From NCBI GenBank assembly GCA_024704765.1, contig JAKMXF010000199.1, positions 662,448 through 726,447 on the forward strand: a stretch of 64,000 bases of DNA. The letters run 5' to 3'. Shown here in pieces: positions 25,378 through 38,147 of this stretch. A program made the position numbers and the translations under genes. Within the stretch, counting starts at the first letter, position 1; the number at the start of each line of letters is the position of its first letter. The notes below the pieces were generated by a model. It was not told where the DNA came from. It ran no database searches and saw only the letters and a program-made list of their open reading frames with translations. The stretch is from Oopsacas minuta (taxonomy: Eukaryota > Animalia > Porifera).

Positions 25378-26696
25378 CAGGGTGCGTCAAAAGTTCTGCA
25401 ACAATATTGAAAGCTCTATTACAATGCATATATTGGTGCAATCATTTATATAAATGTGGAATAACTATAATATGAGCATAAATAATGAGTAATCTAAGGA
25501 TTTCTAGCTAAGAAGTTTCAAATCTCATCCCTTTGGCTTTCAAACAGCACCTGACCCTATTTTGGAATATATTACAGGCACGAGCAATTTCCTCTGGTCT
25601 AAATCTTTCCAAGCTCGTTTTAGAGCACGCTTAAGTGAAGGAATATCATTGTAAGAACGATTATTAACGATAGCTTCCAATCTTCCCCATAAATAATAAT
25701 CGGATGGGTTGAGATCCGGACTTGATGGGGGCCACTCTTTACGTCCTAAAAACGCTGGTGCATTGCTTGATAGCCATTGTAGTGTAGATTTAGCAGTGTG
25801 TGCCGGCGCACCATCCTGTTGAAATATCCATTTTTCTCCTTTCATAAAAGTTGATCCAATATGCCGAACATATTTATCTAATATAAGGTCTTGATAAACT
25901 TTTGCATTGATCTTCGTTCCTTCTGGGACGAAAACTAAGGGGGTTTTGCCAATTGAAGATACACCTGCCCAAACCATGACAGATTTAGAATATTGACTCT
26001 TCTGAACTGTTCTGAACTGTTCAGGTATATCCTTCCGTGATATTGAATAAATACACGAATTTTTCGAGGTGTTTTTTTATCATTACTGAAAATCTTCTCA
26101 TCTGAAAACACAATTCTCTTAGGGTTGACAGATTTGAGCCAGGTAAGAAGCTTACGACATCTTTGTACCCTCTTGTGAATAACTGTATCAGTTAGAGACT
26201 CAGTCTTAGTTCTCTTGAAGGACTTATATCCCAGGACTTTAGTAACAATTCGCCGAGTCGATGCATTAGAAATCTTGACCCGGGCTGCGATTTTTCGATG
26301 GGAGGGTCGGATGACGAGTCAATAGCTGGCGAACTTTATTGTTCACAGCTGTACAAATAGAGCGCGGACGACCAGATCTTCGCTTATCTGTAATATTGCC
26401 CGTCTCCCTGAAGCGTTTCAAGGTACGCCAGATAAAGGATCTGCCGAATTTCTTTGGATCAAGAGTTTTGAAAATTTGGTTTTGCTCAACACCACTGAGA
26501 AATAATTCAATAACCGCAACTCTCCTTTGTTCAAGCATGATTTTAGTTGACATGACACTAGTATCAATCTAAGTAGCTATTATTACTTAAGTACATATAT
26601 AGATAATTCAAAAGGATGCTTAGTTTAGAAAATTCATTTAAGGGTTAATATGAAACATTGTAATCAATTTTGTTGCAGAACTTTTGACGCACCCTG
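25378..26696 (-). mobile_element. Full-length maT (DD37D) transposon, transposase frameshifted
   Basis: Perfect 27-bp TIR cagggtgcgtcaaaagttctgcaacaa with TA TSDs. In QQD-GAPAH...WPPSSPDLNPS-D, 37 residues lie between the second and third Asp. Confidence 0.93.
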
Positions 26697-26979
26697 TATA
26701 CTATGTTTAGTATCAATTATCGGTTTCTAATATGATCTAATATACAATGATGGTAGGATAGGAGTATGTTCTTCACTACGTTCAATCGGTATTACTCAAT
26801 TTACCCACACATACTAAAATTTGGAAAATATACAAATATCATTGACAATTCTAAAGAAAATTATGATCAAATTAGCATTTCAACAATAAACCACGAGTAT
26901 ATTAAACACCAACAAAAGTAACACACATCTAGTAAATCCTCAATAAGGTTAACCAGTAGATTATATGGTTAGTTGACAA

Positions 26980-27900
26980 GTTAATTGTAAGGATAGTTCA
27001 CCCGTTGATTACGAAGATAGTTGACAAGTTGATTGAGGTGATGTCGAAAAGACGCTGTTTTAACATTACAATCTTTACTTGCATACGGTAGAGTGTCTGT
27101 GACATCTCGAGTTGCATTTAACAAAGATGAGATAGAGAGATAAATGGGCTTAGAAGGAATTACAGAGAAGACAATTGGAATACAAACGATCTCAATTGGG
27201 GCAGGACGAAGCTGCGTAATTCTGCACGGAAGTGAATAAATGCTTACTAACGAACTCTCTCCCATTATCCGGTTCCAAATGTGTAACGGACCAAGCTCAC
27301 AGGAGGCCAGATGTTCAGCCACCTCTAGCGCTCCCTTGGAGTTGAGAGGCTTTAGGATGACAAACTTGCTGAAGCTGTACTGATAGTTGAGGATGTGCTG
27401 ATAATCCTTGTCTGGGCATCTCTGCATCTCCATAAGGTCAGTCTGACCATGCAGCCCAACATTCTCGGTTATGATAGGTCTGTGGATGAGTTTCAGTGTA
27501 GATTTCCTGCCATTGTTGGCTTGGAAAATGGCTCAGAGGCATACGAAGAGGACAATTACTGCACGAAAAACGTGATAGTTGTGGCTCATGAAATACTCCT
27601 ACATCCTGTCACGTCCCCATTACTGAGTTCGTGATGTGCAGCCACTATGCGTAACTTCGTGTAGTCCCCGGAACTCTTTCAAGTACAGGACCTTTGCACC
27701 CTCAAACTCCTCCACAGGATAGCACAACTTGGTCCTGCCCATTTGTAATCGTTTGTATTGCAAGCTCTCTATAATCTATTTCTCTCTCTCTCTCTCTCCT
27801 CATCATATGTACATTGAGCTTCTTATGCTCAGCTTCGAAAATCCTTTAGTAACGGACAGAGTGGGAATATATTGATTTGTCCTAATGAACAAACAATAAT
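26980..27900 (-). pseudogene. Ginger2/KRBA2-like integrase transposon remnant, copy 2
   Basis: VAAHHEL, GLHGQADLMEMQRCPDKDYQHILNYQYSFSKFVILKPLNSKGALEVAEHL (rve-type core). Confidence 0.75.
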
Positions 27901-28081
27901 ACGTACAATAGATATATATAATAAGTAGTTAGAAATATTTAGGGAGCTCAAAACACACCTTGACAAAGAGAATTTGGTGTATCCAATGTAATTAGCATAT
28001 TGCCTCCCCTAGGGAAATCTCACGTGCCGTCTATGCTATGGGTACTGATTATAGCATATTTCGGGAGGTAGTATCCGTCAC

Positions 28082-28347
28082 TGTTGAATTTTCACATAAG
28101 TCCAACAATGCATATATCAATATATATAGCAGAAAATATACAGAGTTATTACCCGAAAGCAAGGATAACTAATAATTGGAAATGGTAGAATTATAGAGTT
28201 TAGAATGAACAACAAGTGAGTGAAACGAACTAGCCTATAGAATCGAATACATAATCTAAGTATCGTGGTCGCTATGTGCGGTCGGTACGTCGACTATTCA
28301 CAAATAATAGATGTGCTATAAATAGCCTGCTACATCAGTTCCCCTCT
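28082..28347 (-). other. Putative polypurine tract (28338-28347) and 3' LTR (28082-28337) of the Gypsy relic
   Basis: The minus strand reads AGAGGGGAAC|TGATGTAGC... downstream of the integrase, with a candidate end ...TTCAACA. No matching 5' LTR was found, so the boundary is unconfirmed. Confidence 0.5.
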
Positions 28348-28444
28348 ATATCACTCCGGATTTCAGCTGGTGTCCGATTGTTCGTTTGACCATTGAGCTC
28401 CAATGAATTTCTTCGAGGCATCCAAATTCTTTAAGACCTACATA

Positions 28445-29791
28445 CAGTACCGGCAAAAACTCTGAAATATTGTTGATAAAATGCGAATATACTAGTATTG
28501 GAACAAAAGGTTACAACATTATTATTACAGAACATTTTTATCAACCTATAGTGGAATGAAAACAATAGTTTCATCATTCTATAGCACGAAAATCAATATT
28601 TAATTGGATAACCCTTATTTTTTAGTATTTCCAAGATTTGTTTTGGAATAGATTTCGCTAAGTTTTTACAATATCTTTCAGTGATTTCAGTTACCCAAAC
28701 TTCCCATATGGCCTTGATGAGAGCATTCATTGATGCAGGATACCTAGCAGCAACCATTCGTTTTAGAACTGTCCAGCAATTTTCAATCACATTTAGATCT
28801 GGGCTGCTACCTGGCCAAACCAGGAGATCGATGTTTTTTCAGAAACCCAGTTTTGAAACTCGGGAAGTGTGCACTGGTGCACCATTTTGTTGAAAGATTT
28901 CGCACTCTAAATTGTTCATCATTGGTTCCAGGTTTTTTTAGGACATCTAAATACATTTTTGATGTTATCGTTGTGTTTTTGGCATGATCTAAAGTACTCC
29001 CTTACCTCTTCCAGACATACAGCCCTATATCATAACAGATGGTGAAAATTTGACTGTTTGTATGGTATATTTGGGATTGTACCTTTTATTAGGGGGCCTT
29101 CTCACAAACTGTTTGGTTCCTGAATATTGCACAATCTTCGCTTCGTCACTGAACAATACTTTCATCCATTGTTTGGCTGTCCACGTTTTGTATTTTTTAC
29201 AGAAGTTGAGGCGGTCTCGCAAATTTTAGCAGAAAGGAAAGGCTTTTTCGCGGGTTTGAATGCTCTTAGATTCCCTTTTATCTGTAAATGGGGTCTAACT
29301 GTTCGGGCACTTATCTTTTCAGTCAAATTTAATTCCGAAACATTATTAACAGAGGACACGGTTGGGTCATCTTGAACTATGCGTTTAATTCGGGCATCAG
29401 TTCTTGGGGTGATTTTTAGTTGCCTCCCAGATCTCTTCTTAGACCTTAGATCTCCTGCAAAATCTTAATTTCTTATTCTTTTGAGTGTCTTAGACACTGC
29501 ACCTTGTGAGCTATTAAGAGAAGTAACAATATCCTTCTGTTTCATAGACATGAGATCCATTAGTTCAACTCTTGCACTTTTCTTAGGTGATAGTTCAACC
29601 ATCTTTCAATTGAAAGAACAAGAATAGCAAGTGCTAGTCAAGGTTTGGTGCAAATTACTATATTAAGGTACGCTAATATTATCATCAATAATAATAGGAA
29701 GCAATTAGTAAATAATATTATCAGGCGATTCCTGCGTATATTCAATAAAATTGAAAAATAGTGAACTATTTCAGACTTTTTGCCGGGACTG
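28445..29791 (-). mobile_element. Full-length Tc1 (DD34E-type) transposon, decayed, nested in Gypsy
   Basis: 25-bp TIR (cagtaccggcaaaaactctgaaata, 2 mismatches) with TA TSDs. Motifs VLFSDEAK, GAPVHT and WPGSSPDLNVIENCW. Confidence 0.92.
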
Positions 29792-31739
29792 TAGATGGAC
29801 TGACGTAAACTCAGGGGAACTCGAATCGGTCAGTTTGTGAATATTTGTCGTATTTATCGCCCTCAGTCGAGTTCTCCTGTGAAGAATCTGTGGTCATTTG
29901 TGGTTTAGAATAGCTCTCCATAACTTATGACAGGGTGGCTTCGGTAACTGGTAGGTGTCGGGGGAGAATCTTTTACACTGGTTCAAATGCACCCATCTCT
30001 CTGACTTTCTACCCCTTGAATCATTTTTGATAAAAACATCGGACCTTTCCTCTGCACGACGAGATAAGGGTCCTTGAATTGTTGATCCAGCCTGCTTCTC
30101 CTGTCGTTCTTCTTTAGATCGACCAAGTCTCCAGTCCTTAAACAGGAATCCTTTATCTCCCTATCGTAGGCTCTTTTTATCCTTTCTCGAGCTGCCTCCA
30201 GTTTCCCCCACTTCGCCATGACACATCCCCCTATCTCTTCTATTCCTTTTACTCATTTACCACTGAATAGCTGTACTAGCTCGACTCGATGTCAAGTGCA
30301 GGATAGTTATCTTGGGCCTATACCAAACATGATTTGGTAAGGAGAGAACCCGCTGCTGGCACTTGGCATGAAATTAAGAATGTACCCAACTTGAGGAAGT
30401 AGATAAGATACAGTTATCCATTCGATTTCTTTTTCTTGAAGGCGGCATCTCATAATCTGTTTAACCCCCTGGATGCCTCTCTCACTCTGTCCTTCCCCCT
30501 CGGGGTGGTATGGTGAGCTTCTCTTCTTCTCGATACCATATTTGGCCAGTACCGCTCATACCTCACTACCATCCACGTTTGGGCCAGGTCGCTCACCATA
30601 TTGTTGGAGGGCTGTGTTTGTGGACCCATCCTTCAAGAATGCCATAAACTATAGTGGGTGCCTCCTGGTTCACCATTGGGTAAAGTTCCATAAATTAGAA
30701 AATGTGTCGATGAGGAGTAAGAAATACCTGTCTTGATTGGAAGCCCATTGCATGGTCGCTACGTCGAAATCCACGAAATCCCGAGGCTTCTTTACTACCG
30801 AAAGGTAACTAGCAGTGGCCTAGCAATAGACGATTCATTGAACCAGGACCCCGATGTCCAGAGGGGGCCCTCAAACTATAATTCAAAATTTGGTATACCC
30901 AGAATTTCTGATAAACTTCAATCACGTTTAATTAATTAAATATAAGTATTCCAAGGTCGGCAGAACCAGTTTCGTCTCATTGATTTATCGCCTTGGCCTG
31001 TATGATTTTATATGTGATGTCACCAGAGTATTTTAATTTGCTTTCGCCCGGCCTGTAACAATCATGTTATTTGAAATAATTTTTCGTATTTCTCATTCAT
31101 ATAACCGTATTTCTCTTCAGAATATAAGAAAGAATGAAGAGAAAATTTGTTTCTTGAAATTCAAAGAGAGCAGAAAATGTAAACAAGTAATGTGGTTCGA
31201 AGGGTGATATTGGATTCAAACACCCCCCTCATAACTGGTTTCCCAAAGAGTCATGTTGTTATTCATAATTCAATTATCCTGAATAAGGGCAGAGCTTTTG
31301 GAATCTTATCAACAGAATGCTACCAAATTTTCACAATTATTTTTTACCGAGTTTTCCAAACGAAATCTCAATAGACTCCAAATGACTAATGTATTAGCAG
31401 ACTAAATCTATATTCATTAATAGTATAAATATAATTATGAATAAAATTATCATGTTATCAAAACATAGACATCTAAACAACTTTGGTACAACTGCACAAT
31501 ATTACACTACTCCTGCTATGTGGAAAGAATAGTTGTGCATCGATGTTTGAGCGCCTAAGATTTCTAAAGATTTTCTGGGGGACTTGACCACCAGAACCCC
31601 ACTTACCATCGCCCGCTTCACTCGCTCCAGAGCACCCACCACGATGATCCTGGATACACTACTGAACAAGAATAGATATCTTAGCAAAAGGTTCATATAC
31701 TATGTTTTGTTTCCATCTAAGTACTAGAATAATATACGT

Positions 31740-31955
31740 ATATGTATGCATACCATTATGTGCTTAATGGCTCTGTGACAAGTGCAGGGATCTATGCGTC
31801 TGAAAACCATTCTTACAAGTGAGGAGGTGGGTTCTGAATTTAGAAAACATGTAAATGCTCCGAAACTCATGAAAATTGTGAATTATAGTTTGACCTGATG
31901 GGACTTCACCCATAATATTGAACCGGGGCCCCTCAAATCCTTAATTACGCCACTG
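31740..31955. mobile_element. Terminal part of a non-autonomous hAT-like insertion occupying ~30940-31955 inside the Gypsy
   Basis: End ggggcccctc...taattacgccactg (reverse complement cagtggcgtaatta). Gypsy homology is lost between 30930 and 31955. The left end was not identified. Confidence 0.45.
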
Positions 31956-33010
31956 GGAACTATCTCTTCTTTTGCTTGATTCCTGGGCTTGTTTTTTTGC
32001 CTGATCAGACACTAAGTAGTTTCAGAATTGACTTCGTACGATCATTCCTGAGTGACCAGCTCTTTAATCGCTGCGGAAACCATAGGGTGCTTGCATAGTT
32101 CGAGTTTCTTCCTTCCTTGGATTCCGGGTTCAGGCCTGCTTAGGTAAATATGCCTCTCGAAATGTTCATGATCGTCATTCACTTCCTATTCAACTGTGCT
32201 TTCCATTCCTGGTAAGTAATCTGCTAATGAATTTTCTGAGCCCTTCACATATTCAATGTTGTAAATGAATATCTCGAGCTCTTGAATCCATCTCACGAGC
32301 TTACACGCGGTCTTTCAGTCGGCGTAACCAGACTAAGGGTTTGTGGTCCGAAATAAAGCGGATGTTAAGGACGGCCTATAGATACTTTCGGAACTTGCCG
32401 CTAGCCACTATCAAGGCCCTGTACTCAAGTTCACCAGTTGAGTATTTCTTTTGGGCAGCGGTCCACCTGAACGAGAAGAATGCTATAGGACGTAGTATTT
32501 TGTCTGCGAGGCGAGGTCATCTCTTTGAGCCAATCCTCTATCCACGGCTACCGACGTTCCGTCGACTAGCAGTACAAACTCAGCACTCCAGTTTGGAAAT
32601 GTAACTACTATCGGGGTATTGGCCCACTTGGCCTCAGCGTTTCGAATGCAGAACCGGCTGTCTGCTTCCAGGACCAATGTGTTGATTCGTGTGTCAACTG
32701 ATATAACGGCTACGTCAACTCGGCGAACCTAGAGACATGTTCACGATAAAAATTGACCAAACCCAGGAATCTGAACAACTTATTCTTTGGGTTGGGCAGT
32801 TTGGCGTTTCTGATCTTCTCAACTTGTCCAGAGACTCCGTGATGTCCCTCCTTCGAACCATATGCTCAACGAATTCCTCCTCGAAGTACCCGAATGAGCA
32901 TTTGTCCCTTCTGACCTCAATACTGCCCCTCTTTTGTGGGCTAAGGGTCGCCTTTAAGTCCAGAAGATGCGCCTCAAATCCGCTAGTAGCCCCACAATTG
33001 TCTTCTACAT

Positions 33011-35510
33011 CAGGGGTGGCCAACTTGCGGCCCCCAATAAACCTTAGTATGACTCGCAGAGCCTCAAGATGAGAATGAGTAATATCTACTATGGAACCTC
33101 AGAATTATGATCATATTGCTAATAACATCCTATTTTGATTTCAAATTTTGGAGAAACATCCTATTAAAACTCGACTAATGTGTATATGAGAAATAATACT
33201 AGAGACAAATAATAACAATCTAGATTCAAAGATCTACATTTATGCCATTGGATCTAGATTCATATTATTTGGCATTTTAGTAATATTATACTATTTGTCA
33301 TTCTTTAAAAATTTGAAATCCAACAAGAATAGGATGCTGATAGTAAGGATTCCTCATTTGCAATATGATCGTAATTCTGGACATACCTAATTTCCGGAAG
33401 GGAACGGAAGGTTCCGTAAATGAGGTATGCCCGTAATTCTGGGAATAAAACAGGGATTCGTTCCAGAACAATGAACGTAATTCTTACTTATTTGTGTTAG
33501 CGTATTTTCTTACTTCTTATTGAATGGCATCAAGGCCCTTAAAGAAAAGGAAAGTTGCTGATGAAGGCAGAATTTTTAAACAAGAGTGGACAATACAGTA
33601 TATTTTCATAGAAGAGAAAGGAAAACCGATCTGTCTTATCTGTAATCAGAGTGTAAATTTAATGAAAGTCAGTAATATATCTAGACACTACGACACAATG
33701 CATAAAGATGAATTTGAAGAACTTCATGATGAGGCCAGGAAACCAAGACTCGATAAACTAATGAAGGCACTGAAACGTCAACTGGATTCACTTTTTAAGC
33801 CTACAATTGACAAAGAAAAAGCTATGCTTTCCAGCTACATAGTATCACAGAAGAACGTCGAAAAGTGCAAACCATTTTCAGATGGCGAATTTGTCAAAGA
33901 ATGTCTGGTAGCATGTGCAATGGAACTTTGCCCGTAGGAAAGCAGAAGTTCGAAGATGTCAGTTTGTCCCCCAAACAGTCACTCGGAGAAATGTAGACAT
34001 GGCAGGTGATAGTAGAGAACAACTGAAAATGGTTAGCAAGAAGTTTGTGTATTTTTCTCTTGCTCTTGATGATAGCACGGATATCTCCGATATATCGCAG
34101 CTTTTGATCATTGTTCGTGAAGTAAATGATGACTTTGCAATTACAGAAGAATTAGTAGAAATGCGCTCGATGATGAGTACCACAACCAGAGCAGATATTG
34201 CTGCAGAAATACTCATCGAGCTTGAAAACATAGGATTAGGTGGTGCATAGGGAAAACTGAGTGAAATAACTACTGATGGTCCCCCTGCCATGATTGGCAC
34301 AAGGGTAGGAGCAGTGACACAACTGACTGAGCATGCTAAAAAACAAGTTGAAGTTGGTATGGGTGGAGTTTCGACTTCTAAATCTCATGAAATAATGAGG
34401 TATCACTGCATTATTCTCCAAGAAGCCCTGTGCCCCTAAGCGATTGGGTTTGAAGATGTCATGTGACTTGTGATAAATACGTGAACTTCATCCGATCACA
34501 TGCTCTTAACCACAGACAATTCAAGATTGTCCTAGATGAGTGTAACGTCGAGTTTTCGAACATATGTTTTGATATAGAAATTCGACGGCTTAGTCGCGGA
34601 AAGGTTTTGGAACGTGTCTTTGAGTTAAGAAGTGTCATCGCGGAGTTCTTGTTGGGCAAAGGCCGTGATAACCTTTTGACCAACTCGGAGTTCGTGTCAG
34701 ATATTGGGTACCTTGCTGACATTACAAGCCAACTCAACTGAAGGGCAGGTCAAAGAACATCTTGGATATGATTGCTAGTGTCGATGCCTGCGCCAATAAA
34801 TTGACACTTCTAAAAACCAACTGGCACAAGAAGACATCACCCATTTCCCTTTACTAAATCTCTGGGAAAAGATTGCCGATCAGCACAGGACTAGATTCCG
34901 TCAATCGATTACCTGAAAGAGCAATTTACAGAACGCTTCGTGGATTTTCGAAGGTATCAGTCTAAGTTTGCCTTGATATCGAATCCAATTTTATTTGATA
35001 TTGATACTGCATCTACAAACTTATAGCTAGAGCTGCTATCTTTCCAAAGCGACCCAATCATCAAAGCGGACTACCAAACCCAAATCAATAAAAGGAATTT
35101 GTTTGCGTTCTAGAAAGCACTTCCACACGAACATTATCCAAACTTAAGGAGACGTGCTCAGAAATATTATCTCTTTGGTAGCACCTACATATGCGAGCAA
35201 ACCTTTTTATTGATGAAGCTTACAAAATTGAAAGTACGATCAAGACTAACAGATGAACATGTGGCAGTATCACTTCGGTAGAGCACGGCAGAGCTAAAGC
35301 TAGACCTTATAAAACTTACCATCAAAAACAACCTCAAAAGTCGCATTAATCTTACTTATATAATTCAAAGTACAATAAACGTTTATTCCCCTTGCCAAAT
35401 TTGACATATTAAACGTTAAACATATTGGGGGCACTTGGATTAGTGAGGCCCGCCGAGTTCTCCAAATAACTAAATGTGGTCCGCAGAGTGCAAAAGGTTG
35501 GCCACCCCTG
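33011..35510 (+). mobile_element. hAT transposon, SPIN/GTF2IRD2-like, full length (2500 bp), decayed
   Basis: TIR caggggtggccaac/gttggccacccctg with TSD ttctacat/gtctacat (7/8). Motifs KRKVADEGRIFKQEW..KPICLIC, YFSLALDDSTDISD, HCII, ALNHRQF and RRLSRGKVL. Confidence 0.92.
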
Positions 35511-36399
35511 GTCTACATAATGGTTTGCTCCATTGATGGATCTAGGGTCTCATCCATCAACCGCTGATAAGGTGATCCATTATTGATCAGACCGAACGGC
35601 ATATGGTTGAACTCAAATAAGCCTCTCGGAGCGAAAATCCGTCTTGAACTTTCTTTGCCGTCGATTTCAATTGCCCACTAGGCTGATGCTCCATCGAAGA
35701 ACGAATGATGCGAGTATAACGTTGGATTTCCACTCCTCGCTTTTGCCTGACACTTCGAATATATAATTGGGCTCGAACTCCTTTGTAACAATAGATCCTG
35801 ACATATACACCCTCATTAGGGTGCTCCACCTACAATCGTGAACTGCAGTCCTTCCATATGTCACCAATGCGCACCTTGTGACTCTGACATTTGTACTCTG
35901 CAACTCTAAACCTAGTAAATAGGTACCTTCCCAAGATACATTTTGCGCTCCGGTATACACTTCGAATGGGTGAGCCAATATTTGTTCATTGACAGGGTCC
36001 AGACTTGGCTCCAGCATACCGACTACATCAACTGATTCCTTTGCCAGAGCCAAAGTATTTCCTTCCTTTATGATCAGTTGGGATTCCAAGCCTAGATCCC
36101 AATCTGTCTCAATGTCGTTGATTTTTGGGGTGTTAAAATAAATCTCGGGCCGCCATAGAGAGACTCTGTAAGAGTAGTTTCAGTTATGAAGAAGATATTG
36201 AATTACCTACTGATTTTGAATTTGTAGATACAATTAAGGATTTTGTACTTTATGTTCCTGTTACAAGTACTCCAGAGTGCATAAACGGACAGTGATTGAC
36301 GGATCTAAAAAGTGTAGCCAAATTTTGCTGGACACCAATTATGAAATGAGGCCCCACTCTTTATACTACCGAAATTCCTACTCAATCTAGTAGTCAAGT

Positions 36400-37100
36400 A
36401 ACTTTAAGGGAGTGTTTTGATGATCTGGAGGCAATCCACTTACTTTTGGTTATCTGGCCTCGATCATGCGTTACATTTATTGGGTTGCAATTTACAATGG
36501 CAAATAGAGGGTTCTACGAGGCTCAAACAAAATTGTCTGAAATTTCAACAGAGAAGGATAGGAAAGCTGAATGTGGCCAGCCTGGAGAGAGAAGCATAAA
36601 TCCCCAGATTCTGATCATTTATAGGTCGTGTATCATATGATGTGGCATATCAAAAAGGTGGGGAGAAATCTGGAGGTGGATTCTCCAGGTACTGCCCTGC
36701 CTCTGCTATGTCTGTTGAAAATGGCAAAGTTCTCAGTTATTAGGTTGCTTGTAATAATTATAAATTATGTTTAGAGAAACAACAAGCATTAAAAGATTGT
36801 TGTCTTACAGTTAGTGAATATAAAGTGTGGAAGGGGGAAAATGATAAACTGTCAAGCCCGCGAATATGGAGTATATAGTTCTGTATTTTTGGAGGCAAAA
36901 ATGGCACCTGTAATATTCGAAAAGTCTTTGAAATAAAATTAATATACTCCACTGTTATCGCAGATGAAAACGACAAAAGCAATATTATAACTGGAAAAAA
37001 TGTCTATGGTGATTTTGGCATAAATGTCAAGTATAAAAGCGTGTGAGAATTCACTTGATTGAGAATGAGAAAGAGTTTATGCTTCTCAAATAACAACAAT
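36400..37100 (+). pseudogene. PF20700 Mutator-like / Kolobok-type transposase fragment, copy 1
   Basis: VSYDVAYQKGG..SRYCPASAMSVENGKVLSY matches the family motif SxDGxWxKRG..S..G..I..ETGKVLD. Confidence 0.6.
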
Positions 37101-37599
37101 GCTGATTTGAGCTTAGCAAATGTTATAGACTTAAAGACCTCCCCAAATCACTAAAATCTACTCGACGAGATAGTGACCCTTCCATTATTACTTCCAAATA
37201 TTGAAAACATAATAAAAATTACCCGAGGTATTTCTGCCATATGACTATTAGTATCAGTATCAACACCAGTATTATCCAATATTTGTATGATATTTTGTTA
37301 ATTATTAACCATTAGTTCAATGTATAAAATTTTCAATAATAGAGTCATTTATCTGATATTCACGCTAAAAATCTGTGTATGAATATTTGTAAAACTGTGC
37401 GGCGCAATTTATACAGTTATCAATAAACTTAACATTGAATTGATCTCTCAAATGCCCAAACCTCAAAATAATTTCAAATTTTATTCATTTAGAGATATAC
37501 TTTTCGATTATTTCATGTAAGTAATACCCACCTAAATCACCGAATTTTTGGATCCCAAATTTTCTATCTGAAAAATATCTTTGCATTAGACCACTAACA

Positions 37600-38147
37600 T
37601 ATAATACAACAATGATGTCTATGTGAAGCCATCAGGTTTGGGTATTAATAGTGGAGTATATATTGATGAATGTCTTCGTGCAAGATTGGTTCCTTTTATC
37701 AATCAATTGCACAAAAGACGACGAAATCTTGTTTTGGCCAGATCTAGCAAGCTCCCATTACTCTATAGCGACCAGAGCTTGCTACAAAGAGATCAGAATT
37801 AATGTTGTCCCCAAAGAAATGAACCCTCCCAACGTCCCCCAACTACGGCCTATTGAAAATTTTTGGGGAATTCTTAAAGCAAAGATCTATAAGGGTGCTT
37901 GGGAGGCTAAAAGCGTCGCTCAATTGGTTAATAGAATAAAAAGATGTCTAACTGAAATGGACTGGACATCTGTCCAGGCAATGATGCGAACTTGTAAAAC
38001 AAACATCAGAAAGGCAGCAGACAACCCACCTCTCGTAATGCTATAATTGACACTATATGAACTTTTGACTATGAATAGAGTATATACAAGAGCCGAATGA
38101 ATAGGCAACAATATAGTCCATTCAAGTCCTGATCAAAACCACCCCGT
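37600..38147 (+). mobile_element. DD37E (ITmD37E/TRT-like) transposon 3' fragment
   Basis: In FWPD-LASSHY...NPPNVPQLRPI-ENFW, 37 residues lie between D and E. A TIR-like end accaccccgt|TA is at about 38147. Confidence 0.8.

Larger units (their letters stand above)
28082..36180 (-). mobile_element. Ty3/Gypsy LTR retrotransposon relic (RT-RNaseH-integrase), 5'-truncated, interrupted by three insertions
   Basis: RT: GLFEFNHMPFGLIN, YV[D/E]D, RFLGLVNFYR. RNase H: FPNWSAEFVL, LVRWIQELEIFIYNIEYVKGSEN. Integrase: RYFLLLIDTFS and a GPY/F-like FKDPYLVVQRKG. The order matches Gypsy. Confidence 0.85.

Noticed and set aside
36135-36160. tggcggcccgag (minus strand) as a Gypsy primer-binding site
   Set aside because: It is not preceded by an LTR CA end or by a copy of the 28082-28337 LTR, and it appears to lie within pol-like coding sequence.
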